Source: Pelagomonas calceolata (taxonomy: Eukaryota). From it: a stretch of DNA of 64,000 nucleotides. A program made the position numbers and the translations under genes. Positions 40,101-49,458 of this stretch are shown here, piece by piece. The stretch covers positions 5,394,001 through 5,458,000 of the forward strand of contig CAKKNE010000002.1 of NCBI GenBank assembly GCA_918797485.1, in the 5' to 3' direction. The notes beneath the pieces are model-generated. The model was given only the letters and a program-made list of their open reading frames with translations, was not told the origin of the DNA and ran no database searches. Numbering within the stretch: the first letter of the stretch is position 1; the number at the start of each line of letters is the position of its first letter.

Positions 40101-42978
40101 ATGTCGATTGGTGTTAGGACGAGGTTTATGGTCCAAAGCAAAGTGGCAGGTCGGGAATGACTGCGACGCCGGGCGAGATGGCCACAAGACGGCGTTAGAA
40201 CCGGCCTACTTGGGTATTGAGGGAAGAGGAAGTTTGGATGCGGATGGTTGTGAAGGCGACGGCGGTGCGGGCTGGGAGGATGCACTAGATCCGTGGGGGT
40301 TGGATCCGTTGTCGGTGCGCGTCTGCGAGATGGCCGGCGACGCGCGAGGGCGCCTGCCCGGTGTCGTGCTGGTGGGCGTGGCGCCTAAACCAGCGAACCC
40401 CGGCGCCAAAGTATCCTTTGAAACAGGACAGTGGGTCGGCGAGCGCGGCGACGCGTCGGACGTCGATCGCATTTTGAGATTGAGAACGAGAGCCGCGGGC
40501 CTCTTCCAGCAGTCTGAAGCTTGTAGTTCCACCGGTTCGATCACCGTGAGCATTGTCTTAGCGTTAGAGGATGCTGTCTTAGCGCCCTCGATGCGCGCGT
40601 GGCCACTAGAAGCACTTGTTGGTGAAAGCAAGCTACTAAACGAAGACTTCGGCATCGGCGTGCCGATAATCGTGGCCATCGTCGTGAAAGATGGCGCTTA
40701 TAAATTCGTCGATTTTGCGGAAATGGAGCGCCTCGCGCGAGCGACGACGGCCTCCATACTAGCGAAAAGGAAGCCCGCGCCGGGTCGTCTCGCTGATGGT
40801 CACAGGACGCAGTGTCGAGCGCCCATGGTTCTCAAATCAAAATCGAAGACCTCGCCACTCATTTACGGCACGGACAAGGTCGTCCTAGAGGACCCCGGCT
40901 GCGCGGAACGGTGCGTCGCGCACTCGTCCCAGAGGTGTGTGGAAGAATTAATAAGGAGACGGGACCCGTTGGACTATGCCTATGTGGCAGCTTCGACCAT
41001 GTTGCGACCGACGGGTTGCGGTGCTGCCGTGTTGGAGGTCGAAGATCGGCTGCCGGGCGAACCGGGTCCCGAGCTCGTCTTGCCGCCGACGGATTTACTC
41101 GAAGCTCGTTCGGCAAAACGGTACAACGAGTGCCAGATCATCGGGGCGCCGTCGAAAGCGTACGACGAGGACAACTATGCGGTCGGTCGCTTGCGGCGGC
41201 GGCCTCGAACGTTGTACGACGACGAACGGTTTGCAATAGAGGAGAAACGTAGATTAGCTGCTAATAGAGCCGCGGTGCGCGCACGCCTCGCGGAAGTGGT
41301 CCACGGCAACGCCTTCTTCTCCATGCGCCAGAAGCTGACGAAAAGAAAATTGAGGGCGAAGGCCTTACGACTCGCCGCGAAGCACGCCGTGGGCGGCCGG
41401 GGCACGGGCGATTCCGACGCCATCTGGCAGAAGCGTTTACAGTCATCAGATGTTGTTGAAGTGGTTGGGGATTGGGAGAAGCGGCGGCACTCGATCACAG
41501 GTGATTGTTTCTATCACAACACGGACCAGCTCGCCGAGCCGCCGCGACTGCGGTGGGACGCGCCGCGGGACGTCTGGACGCTCGAGGGTGATCTTGTGGA
41601 GGAGGAGAATGAAGCGCCGGCACCCATACTCGAGACTAGTAATAGTAGGAGGAGCGTCCGCTTTTTAGATGATGGAAGCGTGGCGCCCGATTTAAACCCG
41701 GGCGATGAGATGGATACGCCGGAAGAAGCCTACCAGCGAGGCGTCGGTAGTGAATTAATCGAGGACGAAGCGCTGATCCGGGACCTCGCCGAGAAGTTAG
41801 GTTCTCAACACCACGCCGACCGAGACGAGAGGCAGAAAGGTAGTGATGATTTAGATGACGGCCGTGGTGTAGTAGATGAAGACACGCCGTGGCAGCGAAG
41901 TGCACCCGCAGATTTGAGGGAGACCGAGTGGTGGTCCGACTCGTCAGAAGAGGCCGGCGACGACGAGGACTGGCTCGAGAAGCTCGAGGGGCGGGACCTG
42001 CCCCAGGATTCGCGAGATGCGAAGGACATGCGGACGATGGCCGTCGAGACTGATTTGCGACTGGACGCGTCGCCTCATCACGCGTATCAGGATACCCAGC
42101 CAGTGCATGGCGTCGGGGAGTTAGGCTGGTCGCCACCGCCACCGGTCTACGGTCACCAGCTCTGGCGGCGGTTGGAGTACCACTTGCGGGGCCGTTACTG
42201 GAAAGTACTACCTCGAGTGGTACCTAGAATAGACTTTCTAGAAAGAATCAGAACAGCTGTAACATTAGCGTCGGATGCCCGGTGCTGGGCCAACTCACTC
42301 ACTACCAATAGTTACCCTAGGATCTACCTGAGAGGTCTAGAGCGACATACACCGAACGAACGGTCCTGGGGCGAGAACCGGACGGACTGGCGCAAACCGT
42401 CGGACCGACACAGAGTCCTCCCGGTCATCTTCGTGGAAGACGTCATGGACGACCTCGAGGGCATCCTAGGTAAAAAGAGAAGAAGGAATGAGCGCGAGGG
42501 CGGCTACGCGGCACCGCTACAGATCGTCGAGTGCCTCGAACGGGGTCCTCGAGCCTTCACGACGGTCGAAGAAAAGGTCCAAGAGGACGAGCACGCGGCC
42601 CTGCTCAAGCTGCAAAGCCTGGACGTGGCCGAAGATAAATTACGCGAGAGAGCCATTTTTGCGGCAAGAACCGCAAATCTCGCGGAGTTGGAGGAGTGCC
42701 TCGACACCTTCGGCCTAGATATCGAGAGCAGGGACAACCAGGGCAACACGCTCTTCTGTTTGGTGGTCCAACAGAACGAAAAGACGGTGGCCAAATACTT
42801 GTTGAGGAGGGGCAGCGACATCAACGCCACGAACTTCAAGGGCAACGGGCCGCTGCACTTCGCCTTCGGCTACGGCTACGACGACTTGGGCGAGTATTTG
42901 TTGAGCAAGGGCGCGGACGCGTCGCTAATAAACGAGGCGGGGCACACGTGCTACGAGTTCAACAAGATGGACCGCTAG
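37108..42978 (+). CDS. Large (~1950 aa) protein with WW-like and C-terminal ankyrin repeats
   Basis: Uninterrupted ORF; GDWEKRR..TGDCFYHNT..RWDAP; DNQGNTLF..LLRRGSDINATNFKGNGPLHFA. Confidence 0.8.
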   Translation: MERDMAPQAWSTEMQLATKTMLRSVNKQRLGRVKRPRKLKDALALESSPRDVKRASKLAGLLGLGRRRDRHSQVERAPEKPADFDEKKWPLCSQSIIERKRPKGSLPLLKGACVDDDSILQNVDLAKTTAQHRLARAIKRDVARHASAIDLALQQRKELRFAKVEEQSAQKVQSLLGYDELPSIGSVEKTLDKSRESIAQKAKAAAIALEEEATQARSPVKSKIQPPPPPSSKKKRRQRFPKNAEECYGRDQAAPLRTPRNERSPRPVWITLDELVSSEAIHRTYRDEGERERRYALQAQKQHEAEVAAKEAGAPAPRKEVFVRHPVFSKVVGVATREVARATTHARNLRGGAHYDDMLKGFALLTKKLRKHLTFDQGFYNLTAQGGEAAEQAKRDVLAVRNTEGFDPLRCAPVVLNPEPAPLLPEVEALWSGLLPIGRVEVSRRRRKLERGWTPWTWRFLVYDLQSGQIRRLTCAEACCVDAAAKLVEWRDEAAHFARDAEASTKRACDEEEHEKKLFALPNDPEPLELFEVAAGPGFAARRDKSREVHRRAAVEGARAAGSLERAAPLAPAAAACASLLEMETRLHGADDFVALARRAYRDAAAMSGGAVTSHHLVEALSQNNAELARELNFPAEAFLSDEERNKLFGAKAASDAPPAHLQAAALFAGLRGVVPRPRSARVPRRGADRSLPDQRDDFIVQRPSHKLALRLYAGKGGDEALSWRQLPRLHLHPDTPRDEEGRRRDARFRRNANMSLSDFEGDAGHPLAAHPRLVKDRAYARAAVDAATAQLAADAAIKRVAARDRFRRAARAEIRAARAAKAPALSAVVAAPAPAAAPAGAPAPAPAPAPAPAPAAPAAAADDAWSPPASPLGDDGDDASLDASQNDEDDRSLATAATAPQEPPNEWLDERSPPKKPTYAPGTRPPLRETEPPCLTQPHSSFQPDFPQKLLTARIPREEAGGVPRSDCNSSRIIAEKSWLRWIIQRERRVRSQCLDQCRLVLGRGLWSKAKWQVGNDCDAGRDGHKTALEPAYLGIEGRGSLDADGCEGDGGAGWEDALDPWGLDPLSVRVCEMAGDARGRLPGVVLVGVAPKPANPGAKVSFETGQWVGERGDASDVDRILRLRTRAAGLFQQSEACSSTGSITVSIVLALEDAVLAPSMRAWPLEALVGESKLLNEDFGIGVPIIVAIVVKDGAYKFVDFAEMERLARATTASILAKRKPAPGRLADGHRTQCRAPMVLKSKSKTSPLIYGTDKVVLEDPGCAERCVAHSSQRCVEELIRRRDPLDYAYVAASTMLRPTGCGAAVLEVEDRLPGEPGPELVLPPTDLLEARSAKRYNECQIIGAPSKAYDEDNYAVGRLRRRPRTLYDDERFAIEEKRRLAANRAAVRARLAEVVHGNAFFSMRQKLTKRKLRAKALRLAAKHAVGGRGTGDSDAIWQKRLQSSDVVEVVGDWEKRRHSITGDCFYHNTDQLAEPPRLRWDAPRDVWTLEGDLVEEENEAPAPILETSNSRRSVRFLDDGSVAPDLNPGDEMDTPEEAYQRGVGSELIEDEALIRDLAEKLGSQHHADRDERQKGSDDLDDGRGVVDEDTPWQRSAPADLRETEWWSDSSEEAGDDEDWLEKLEGRDLPQDSRDAKDMRTMAVETDLRLDASPHHAYQDTQPVHGVGELGWSPPPPVYGHQLWRRLEYHLRGRYWKVLPRVVPRIDFLERIRTAVTLASDARCWANSLTTNSYPRIYLRGLERHTPNERSWGENRTDWRKPSDRHRVLPVIFVEDVMDDLEGILGKKRRRNEREGGYAAPLQIVECLERGPRAFTTVEEKVQEDEHAALLKLQSLDVAEDKLRERAIFAARTANLAELEECLDTFGLDIESRDNQGNTLFCLVVQQNEKTVAKYLLRRGSDINATNFKGNGPLHFAFGYGYDDLGEYLLSKGADASLINEAGHTCYEFNKMDR

Positions 42979-43331
42979 TTGTAATTTGTGTTTAGTGAGC
43001 TATCTTGCGCTGGGTAGGGGTGCCTTGCTTCTAGACCTTGCTTCCAGCTATGCACCTTGCAGCGCGGCCCGAGCGCGGCGCGGGTAACTTTTAGGCCACT
43101 ACAACCGGGTTTTACCGCCGCAGTCGTCCTCGACGCGTGCGCTCGAGGCCGGACCAGTCGCTACGCCTCCGGACGCGTCCGCCGCAAAACCCGTCGCGGC
43201 GAAGGATCAAGTTGATTTCGGTGACGTGCAGCCGTGCGAAACCAATCGGAAACGCGCCCCCTCGGCCGCGACACACGCTCCACAGCAGCCCTAGCCCCCC
43301 GCCGACAGCCCTGCCGCCATCGCGGGCAGCC

Positions 43332-44771
43332 ATGGCGGCCAGAAACCCCAAGCACGCGGACCCCAATGATACCAGTGACGCCGCGCCGGTCCGGAAGCGC
43401 ACTCCCAAAGAAAGCTGCCTGGCCTTCTGCTCGAAGTACTTCTGCGAGGGGCAGCGCGTCGAAAAGGAGCTGCAAGCAAAAATCGACGAGGGGACCCTGT
43501 CCTGGACGGAAAAGTGGCGCAAGCAGCTCGCCATGGCCGTACCATTCTTGCTCGTGCACATCGTCTGGTGGACGGCGATGATCCGCTGGAACTCGTGGCA
43601 CAAGTTCACGGACCGCATCGCGCAGCAACAAAGATTTAGGAAAGTTTTACCGAACGGCAAGTCCATCCGGACGATGCATTCGAATGTCAGGCCCTGGTAC
43701 ATGAGCGTGACGATGATTTTTGGTAGTATGGTCGCCGGCGCGACGTCGGAGGGCGGCGCTAGTATAGCCTTCCCCGTCATGACCCTGGCCATGGACGTCA
43801 AGCCCCACGTCGCGAAGCAATTTTCGTTCATGATCCAGTCCGTGGGCATGACGGCCGCGGCCTTCGTTATTTTGTACATGCAAGTGCGCGTGGACTGGAA
43901 GTCGATCACGTACTGTTCGCTCGGTGGTGCCTTTGGTGTTATTTTTGGGTTAGAACAAGTGGCACCGACACTCACCCCCCCCTACGCGAAGATGTACTTC
44001 GTGTGCTGGGCCGGGTCCTTTGCCGCATCATTGTACTTTCTCAACCGCATCCACGGGCGGAAAGTTTACTTAGTCGTAGACCCAAAACATTTGCCAGAAA
44101 TCTGGGCCATGGGCGACCTGACGCCCTACTGGCAGCTCAATTTGCTGCTGAACTGGAAGGCCATGATTTTGCTGGGTGCTGGTTTTATTGGAGGTATATT
44201 TACCTCTATTGCCGGTAGTGGTATTGATATATGCTCCTTCTCCGTCCTGACGTTGCTCTTCCGAGTGTCGGAGAAGACGGCCACGCCCACAAGTGTAGTG
44301 CTCATGGCCATCAACACGTTCCTGGCCATGTGCTACTGCAAGTGGATGATGCGCGAAGGGCTGGAACAGCTCGCGTGGGAGTTTTTCTGCGTGTGTGCTC
44401 CTATCGTCGTTGTGGGTGCCCCTCTTGGTTCCGTGCTCGGGTCGTATGTCCACCGCCTCGTATTAGCTGCGTTTGTGTACGCGACGGACTTCGTGCAACT
44501 GATCGGTGCGCTCATCGTCGTGCAACCGTGGTCGCGCGAGAAGTGCACCAAAGAGTTAGCGCCGGCCAAAGAAATGGCTTTAGGGCCGGAGACGTGCAAC
44601 CCGACGCATCTGTGCTGGTCGTCCGCGGCCATTTTTATTTGTGGTCTCGTCGCCTTCTGGGTGATGCAGTGGGCCGGCGAAAAACTCATCCAGAAAAACA
44701 CGGCGACGGAGAAGGAAGTGGCGGAGCGCGAGAAGCTCAAGAGCGCTGAGGATGTGGGGGACGTCGCCTAG
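43332..44771 (+). CDS. TauE/SafE (sulfite exporter-like) membrane protein
   Basis: FGSMVAGATSEGGASIAFPVMTL, IQSVGMTAA, GSGIDI, ATPTSVVLMA. Confidence 0.85.
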   Translation: MAARNPKHADPNDTSDAAPVRKRTPKESCLAFCSKYFCEGQRVEKELQAKIDEGTLSWTEKWRKQLAMAVPFLLVHIVWWTAMIRWNSWHKFTDRIAQQQRFRKVLPNGKSIRTMHSNVRPWYMSVTMIFGSMVAGATSEGGASIAFPVMTLAMDVKPHVAKQFSFMIQSVGMTAAAFVILYMQVRVDWKSITYCSLGGAFGVIFGLEQVAPTLTPPYAKMYFVCWAGSFAASLYFLNRIHGRKVYLVVDPKHLPEIWAMGDLTPYWQLNLLLNWKAMILLGAGFIGGIFTSIAGSGIDICSFSVLTLLFRVSEKTATPTSVVLMAINTFLAMCYCKWMMREGLEQLAWEFFCVCAPIVVVGAPLGSVLGSYVHRLVLAAFVYATDFVQLIGALIVVQPWSREKCTKELAPAKEMALGPETCNPTHLCWSSAAIFICGLVAFWVMQWAGEKLIQKNTATEKEVAEREKLKSAEDVGDVA

Positions 44772-44854
44772 TTGCTTTTTTCGTTCGTAAGCTCTAAGAC
44801 ATCGAAATCTGAGTTAGGGTATCCCTCCACGCCGTCGAGCAATACTAAAGCCAC

Positions 44855-45577
44855 TTACTCGGTCCACTTCGCGAGGCAGTCCGGCACGCGCACGACGATG
44901 TAGTCCTCGCCGTCCAACCTAATGTCCGCGCCCGCGTAGTCCTTGAACTTGACGCTCTCGCCCACTTCTACCGGTACGGGCACGGACGCACCGTCGGCCG
45001 CCACTCTACCCGTCCCGGTCTTCACGACAACGCCGGACGTCGTTCTAGTTTGCTCCGAGACGCCGGCCGCGAGAGCGATACCTGAGGCCGTCTCCTCCTC
45101 GACTTTCGTGACCTGGACGAGGACGTTGTCCGCGACGCACTTGACTTCTCCTAACGTCATGGAGGCGTCGCCGGCCCATGACAACAGAATGTCGTCGTCT
45201 TTGATTAATTGATGGTCCTCGCCGCAGTACTTGACTGAAGTGCCGTCGAACTTGCCATATAAAACGCGATCGCCCTCCGTTACCGGGTTGGGGACGACGA
45301 CGCCCGTGTCCGGGTGGGCCTTGCCCGCGCCCGCCGCGACCACAATACCAGCACTGGGTTTTTCCTTCGCTTGATCTGGGAGGAACACGCCTCCTTTCGT
45401 GGCGTCGATCCCATCGTCGATCTTGACGAGGATGTAGTTGGCCACCGGTTCTAAGGGTCCTCCGATGGGGGCGTCGTCTAACGTGTAGTCGCGCAGGCTC
45501 GTCTGTCGTCGCGGTGCAGTTGGGGCCACGAGGGCGAGGGTGGCTGGCAGCGCAGCGAGCAAGCTCAAGCGCAGCAT
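44855..45577 (-). CDS. CPN20: Plastid co-chaperonin Cpn20 (tandem GroES domains)
   Basis: Signal/transit peptide + two Cpn10 domains (TKGGVFLP..G.VVAAGAG; TASGIAL..G.VVKTGTG). Confidence 0.92.
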   Translation of the reverse strand: MLRLSLLAALPATLALVAPTAPRRQTSLRDYTLDDAPIGGPLEPVANYILVKIDDGIDATKGGVFLPDQAKEKPSAGIVVAAGAGKAHPDTGVVVPNPVTEGDRVLYGKFDGTSVKYCGEDHQLIKDDDILLSWAGDASMTLGEVKCVADNVLVQVTKVEEETASGIALAAGVSEQTRTTSGVVVKTGTGRVAADGASVPVPVEVGESVKFKDYAGADIRLDGEDYIVVRVPDCLAKWTE

Positions 45578-46089
45578 TTTGTGCGTCTTCGTTCGTCGCT
45601 ATGTATGTGCAGTTCTGAGCACCCTGCCTTGCGTGTGTTGGACGTTTAGCCTGCGTCGCTCTCAAGCTCAATTGCACACGATAATCAGCTACTGTGAGAG
45701 ACACTAGCAAAAACGAATGCGTCTGGTTGGCTCCGAGCCGGGGCTTGCACGAATGAACCGTCATTTTAAGCATACTCGTCCACCTAGGCATCCTCGTCTT
45801 GTGTACGGGTCCTTAGCAAAATCGTGAGCTTAAAAGGCCGCGGCTGCTGTCTGTGCGGAACCGTAGCACGGTACAGCCGCTGAAGAGTGCTTATATCGAT
45901 CGCAGCCGTCGCGCACGCAAGTTTCCGACGAGCCCGAAGGCTCCAGGACAGTCTGTAAGCTAGGGCTGCTAAAACAGTCGACGCGCGCGCCGCAGCCATA
46001 ACCGGCCGGTGGCGTTCGTCGTGGCCGACGAGAAGAAGTGCTGCGCGTGGGCCGACGCGAACGGCGTCTCGTACAAGACTCATAACACG

Positions 46090-47040
46090 ATGGACGCCGC
46101 CCTCTTCGACGACGAGATGTCCGACGTCCTCGGCCTCCTCGCCGCCCCGGATAGCAGTGCGGGCCTCGAGATGGACTGGCTGCTCGACAAGGGCCACAGT
46201 TCGTCCGCCGACGAGGGCAGCCCGCCGCGCAAGAACCAGCGCCTCGCGTCGCCCGAAAGACCACCAATGCTCCCGAACATGACCGAAGCCACGCGGAGCC
46301 TGGCCCAGACGAACGAGGAACGATTGATCAACGTCTCGAGCGTGTCGGGCTCGATGGCGCAGGGAAGGGCACCTCAGACGAAAGCTTTGGGGGATATGTC
46401 AACCATCTCCACGTCGCTCGCCCACCTGGGCATGCTGCGCCAGTGCAACCAGGCCGCGCCGCCGACGAACCCGCCGCAGCCGCCGCCGCCGAAGTCCCCG
46501 CGCCTCGCGAACGCCTCTACCATATCAAGGAATTTGGCGAGCGTGGGAGCCGCGCCGCAGTGCAACCAGCGCCACGTCAGTAACAATCAACGGCAAGACG
46601 TCGCGCGGGCCGACGCTGTGATTGGTGGTGGTGTCGTGGCCGAGGCCGTGCCGCTCGCGCCGGCGCGCGTCGTGGCCGCGCCGTCTACCGAGGAAGCTCA
46701 GGAAGTTGTTGCTGAGACGCTGAGTACGCGGCCGCCGCCGCCCCGACGGCGCGCCAACGACGAGGACGAGAAGCTGCGGTTGCGCCGCGCGCGGAACAGG
46801 GAAGCGGCCGAGCGCATGCGGCGGCGCCGCCGCGACGAACGCGAGGAGCTCCAGAAGAACGTGCGGGAATTGACGGCGCGCGTGGCGGACCTCGAAGTGA
46901 GGAACTCCGATCTGGAGGGGCGCCTCGCGGCCGCCGAGGCCGAGAACGCTCGGTTACGCGGTGGTCCGGCGCCGGGCGCGCAGGCCGTCGCAGAGGCACC
47001 GGCTCTCGCCGTGAAGCTGCGGCGGCGGGCACGCGGGTAA
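46090..47040 (+). CDS. bZIP transcription factor
   Basis: RRARNREAAERMRRRRR basic region + heptad leucine zipper; start uncertain (first ATG 46090). Confidence 0.85.
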   Translation: MDAALFDDEMSDVLGLLAAPDSSAGLEMDWLLDKGHSSSADEGSPPRKNQRLASPERPPMLPNMTEATRSLAQTNEERLINVSSVSGSMAQGRAPQTKALGDMSTISTSLAHLGMLRQCNQAAPPTNPPQPPPPKSPRLANASTISRNLASVGAAPQCNQRHVSNNQRQDVARADAVIGGGVVAEAVPLAPARVVAAPSTEEAQEVVAETLSTRPPPPRRRANDEDEKLRLRRARNREAAERMRRRRRDEREELQKNVRELTARVADLEVRNSDLEGRLAAAEAENARLRGGPAPGAQAVAEAPALAVKLRRRARG

Positions 47041-47052
47041 GTACGTAGTTAC

Positions 47053-48002
47053 TCAGTAGTACACGAGTACGGCGCGGCGGCCCTGCTGCTCGACCTCACT
47101 CATTCTCTGCCGGCCGATGGACTGGAGGAGCTGCGCGAACTTGCCGACCTGTGTGTGTGGACATCGCGTCGCGTCGATGGCGTCGCGAAATTTGACTCGC
47201 GCACTGGGCGTCGGACGATGTTCGCGATGAGGAGGCGCACGAGGGCCCAGAGCGCCTGCCAGAAGACGGAGAACCAAAACCACCCCGGCGTCACGTCGCT
47301 GACGAAGTAGCGGCGCCACTTGTCCGTGATGCCGAGGTACAGGAACCACCCGAACAACGCGACCGCGAAGAAGAACCACAAAATCGACGTGACCGCGTAA
47401 ATATTAACCAACGGCGGGTTCCAGTCCTTCGCGCCGAGCCAGCCGCAGAGGGGGCCGACTAGTAGGATGAGGTTCACCCACCAAAACACATAAGCGAGGA
47501 AGATGTTGAGGAACGCGAGGCAGGCGTCGAGGATCGCGTAGCACATCACAGAATGCCGCAGGTTGTAGCATAAAGCTTCCGCTTCTGTGATTGGCGTGCG
47601 CGGCGGCGGCGGCGCGGCCGGGATGGCCGCGACCGTCGGGATGGCCACGGGCACGGAGACCTCGAAGGTGTCGCCGGGCTTGAGATTGGCCGGGATGACG
47701 ACGTTCATCCTGCGCGGGGAGCGCCCTGAGGATGCGCGGCTCAACGCGTGCCCGCCACTGCCGGCGCTTTTTGCTCTTGAAAGACGGCGTTAAGACGCGG
47801 CGGCGCTCACAGCTGGCCATTGATGTTGTACTGGACCGTGTCGCCGGGCGACCTGCGTGGAGATCAATTTTTCGGAGGGCGACGGCCCGCCATCGACGCG
47901 CCGCGTCCGATTGGCGCGGAGCAAAAAATCAGTAAACCAAGTCATTGATTGATTTCCGCACAGAATTGATTACGCCGTCGGCGGGACCTGAACGACGACC
48001 AT
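47053..48002 (-). CDS. Four-exon membrane protein (exons 48002-47974, 47852-47811, 47709-47217, 47148-47053)
   Basis: GT-AG introns give MVVVQVPPTASPGDTVQYNINGQLMNVVIPANLKPGDTFEV (repeated VP...PGDT motif) followed by ~4 TM helices. Confidence 0.75.
47149..47206. mobile_element. Decayed introner forming intron 47149-47216
   Basis: CAGTGCGCGAGTCAAATTTCGCG start similar to the 28301 copy; internal CGCCATCGACGCGAC; ends ACACAG. Confidence 0.65.
47853..47963. mobile_element. Introner element forming intron 47853-47973
   Basis: TIR CTGCGTGGAGATCAAT/ATTGATTTCCGCACAG (13/16); internal GCCATCGACGCG; TSD no longer visible. Confidence 0.8.
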
Positions 48003-48080
48003 CCTGCGGTATTTTCCGCTCTGTTTCTCCGTGTTCTGGTGGCGGCGCGGCTTTCAGGGCTCGCGTTCAGGGAATCGCGA

Positions 48081-48103
48081 GCTAGCGGTCTGTAAGACAC
48101 TAG
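48081..48103 (+). promoter_or_regulatory. CTAG-box motif
   Basis: GCTAGCGGTCTGTAAGACACTAG between divergent ATGs 48002 and 48306. Confidence 0.7.
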
Positions 48104-48305
48104 GGATGCTAGCAAGCCAGCTTTCATGGACAAAATTGCTGGCGCAGCTCGCAATAGAACAGGCAAGCGCTCATATCGTCAACGGACAACAGCAGCACAG
48201 CCGTTTGCAGGCAGCTGCTCACGCCGTCGCGCCGATCCAGCGGCCCAATCAAGCCAGCGCTGGCATCAGCAAGCACAGCTCACGGCAGCGCCCCGAATCA
48301 AAGCC

Positions 48306-48638
48306 ATGCTCCGCAGCCTCGCCCTCCTGCTGCGACGGCCAGCGACGCGGCCACAAATACGAACCGCCACGAAGAAGGCTGGCGGATCATCGAAGAACGG
48401 CCGCACGAGCCCCGGCCAGCGCCTCGGCGTGAAGCGCTTCGGCGGCCAGAAAGTAAACGCGGGCGAGATTTTGGTGAGGCAGCGCGGTACGCGCTACGTG
48501 GCGGGCGACCAGGTCGGGCGCGGCCGCGACGACACGCTCTACGCGCTCGCGGCGGGCGTCGTCGAGTTCGCCAAACAGGGCAAGCGCGTCGGCGCGGCCG
48601 GGAAGTGGATTAGGAGGCAGCACGTGTCCGTAAGGTGA
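48306..48638 (+). CDS. MRPL27: Mitochondrial ribosomal protein bL27
   Basis: Presequence + [44 protein letters not shown]. Confidence 0.93.
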   Translation: MLRSLALLLRRPATRPQIRTATKKAGGSSKNGRTSPGQRLGVKRFGGQKVNAGEILVRQRGTRYVAGDQVGRGRDDTLYALAAGVVEFAKQGKRVGAAGKWIRRQHVSVR

Positions 48639-49458
48639 TTCCATGTGTTCGACACTAGATGCAAAAAGACAGATGTCTAAAAACGGGGGGAGGGGGACGG
48701 GGTTCACAGGAAAATCTCTGCAAAATGCGACTAGCGCGCGCGGCGGTTGCGCGCTCGGCGAGCGGGCGGCTCGACCACGGGCGGCGGTATCTCAATAGGA
48801 AGCTCCGCGCCGCCGGGGAAGCGCTCCGGCTTGCCCTTGTCAACGCCGTGCGACACGAACAATCTAGGGGGCCGGCGCGCGTGGAAATTTCACACCTATG
48901 ATCTCCACGGGCCAGGGTATTTGCGCCGCACGCTGGCGAGCGCTCGCGTCGCTCACGGCCGCGTAAACACAGGATGATCCCGCCACGGTCAGCTGCGAAA
49001 ACCCGTGATTTACAATCAGTTTCGCGCGCTTTGGACGTGCCAGCGGTGCAGCCACTGCTACGAACCGCCGATTACACTCCTGCTCGGCTGAGTTTCATTA
49101 CTCGCGGTGTCTCGCGGCGGGCCCGAGCCGTCTGATAAGCGGGCAGGCACGCACGCTGCCTAGCCAAGTACGACGACGACGCGACCGGTGGGAGTGAACT
49201 CCAGGAGGAGCGCCACCCAGACACATCACCCGCCGCGCGCGGCGGCGGGCACGGGGACAGGGCTCAGGCCGAGAGCCGCCCGATGCTTCCACTCGTAGTC
49301 CCAGCCTTGAGACCTCCATTCTCCCCCTCCCAGCACTCAGAGGACCGCACACCGTGGACCCCCCCTTTCTTGCAGCGCCTCGTTGCGAAGCCTGGCATCG
49401 CGCTGTTGCGAGCGCCGTACCAACAAACGGCAGCCCAACGACCAGCGGCAGCACCACC

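Noticed and set aside
48880..48915. CGTGGAAAT...ATCTCCACG mini inverted repeat resembling introner ends
   Set aside because: Too short and degenerate; no TSD and no host ORF I could reconstruct
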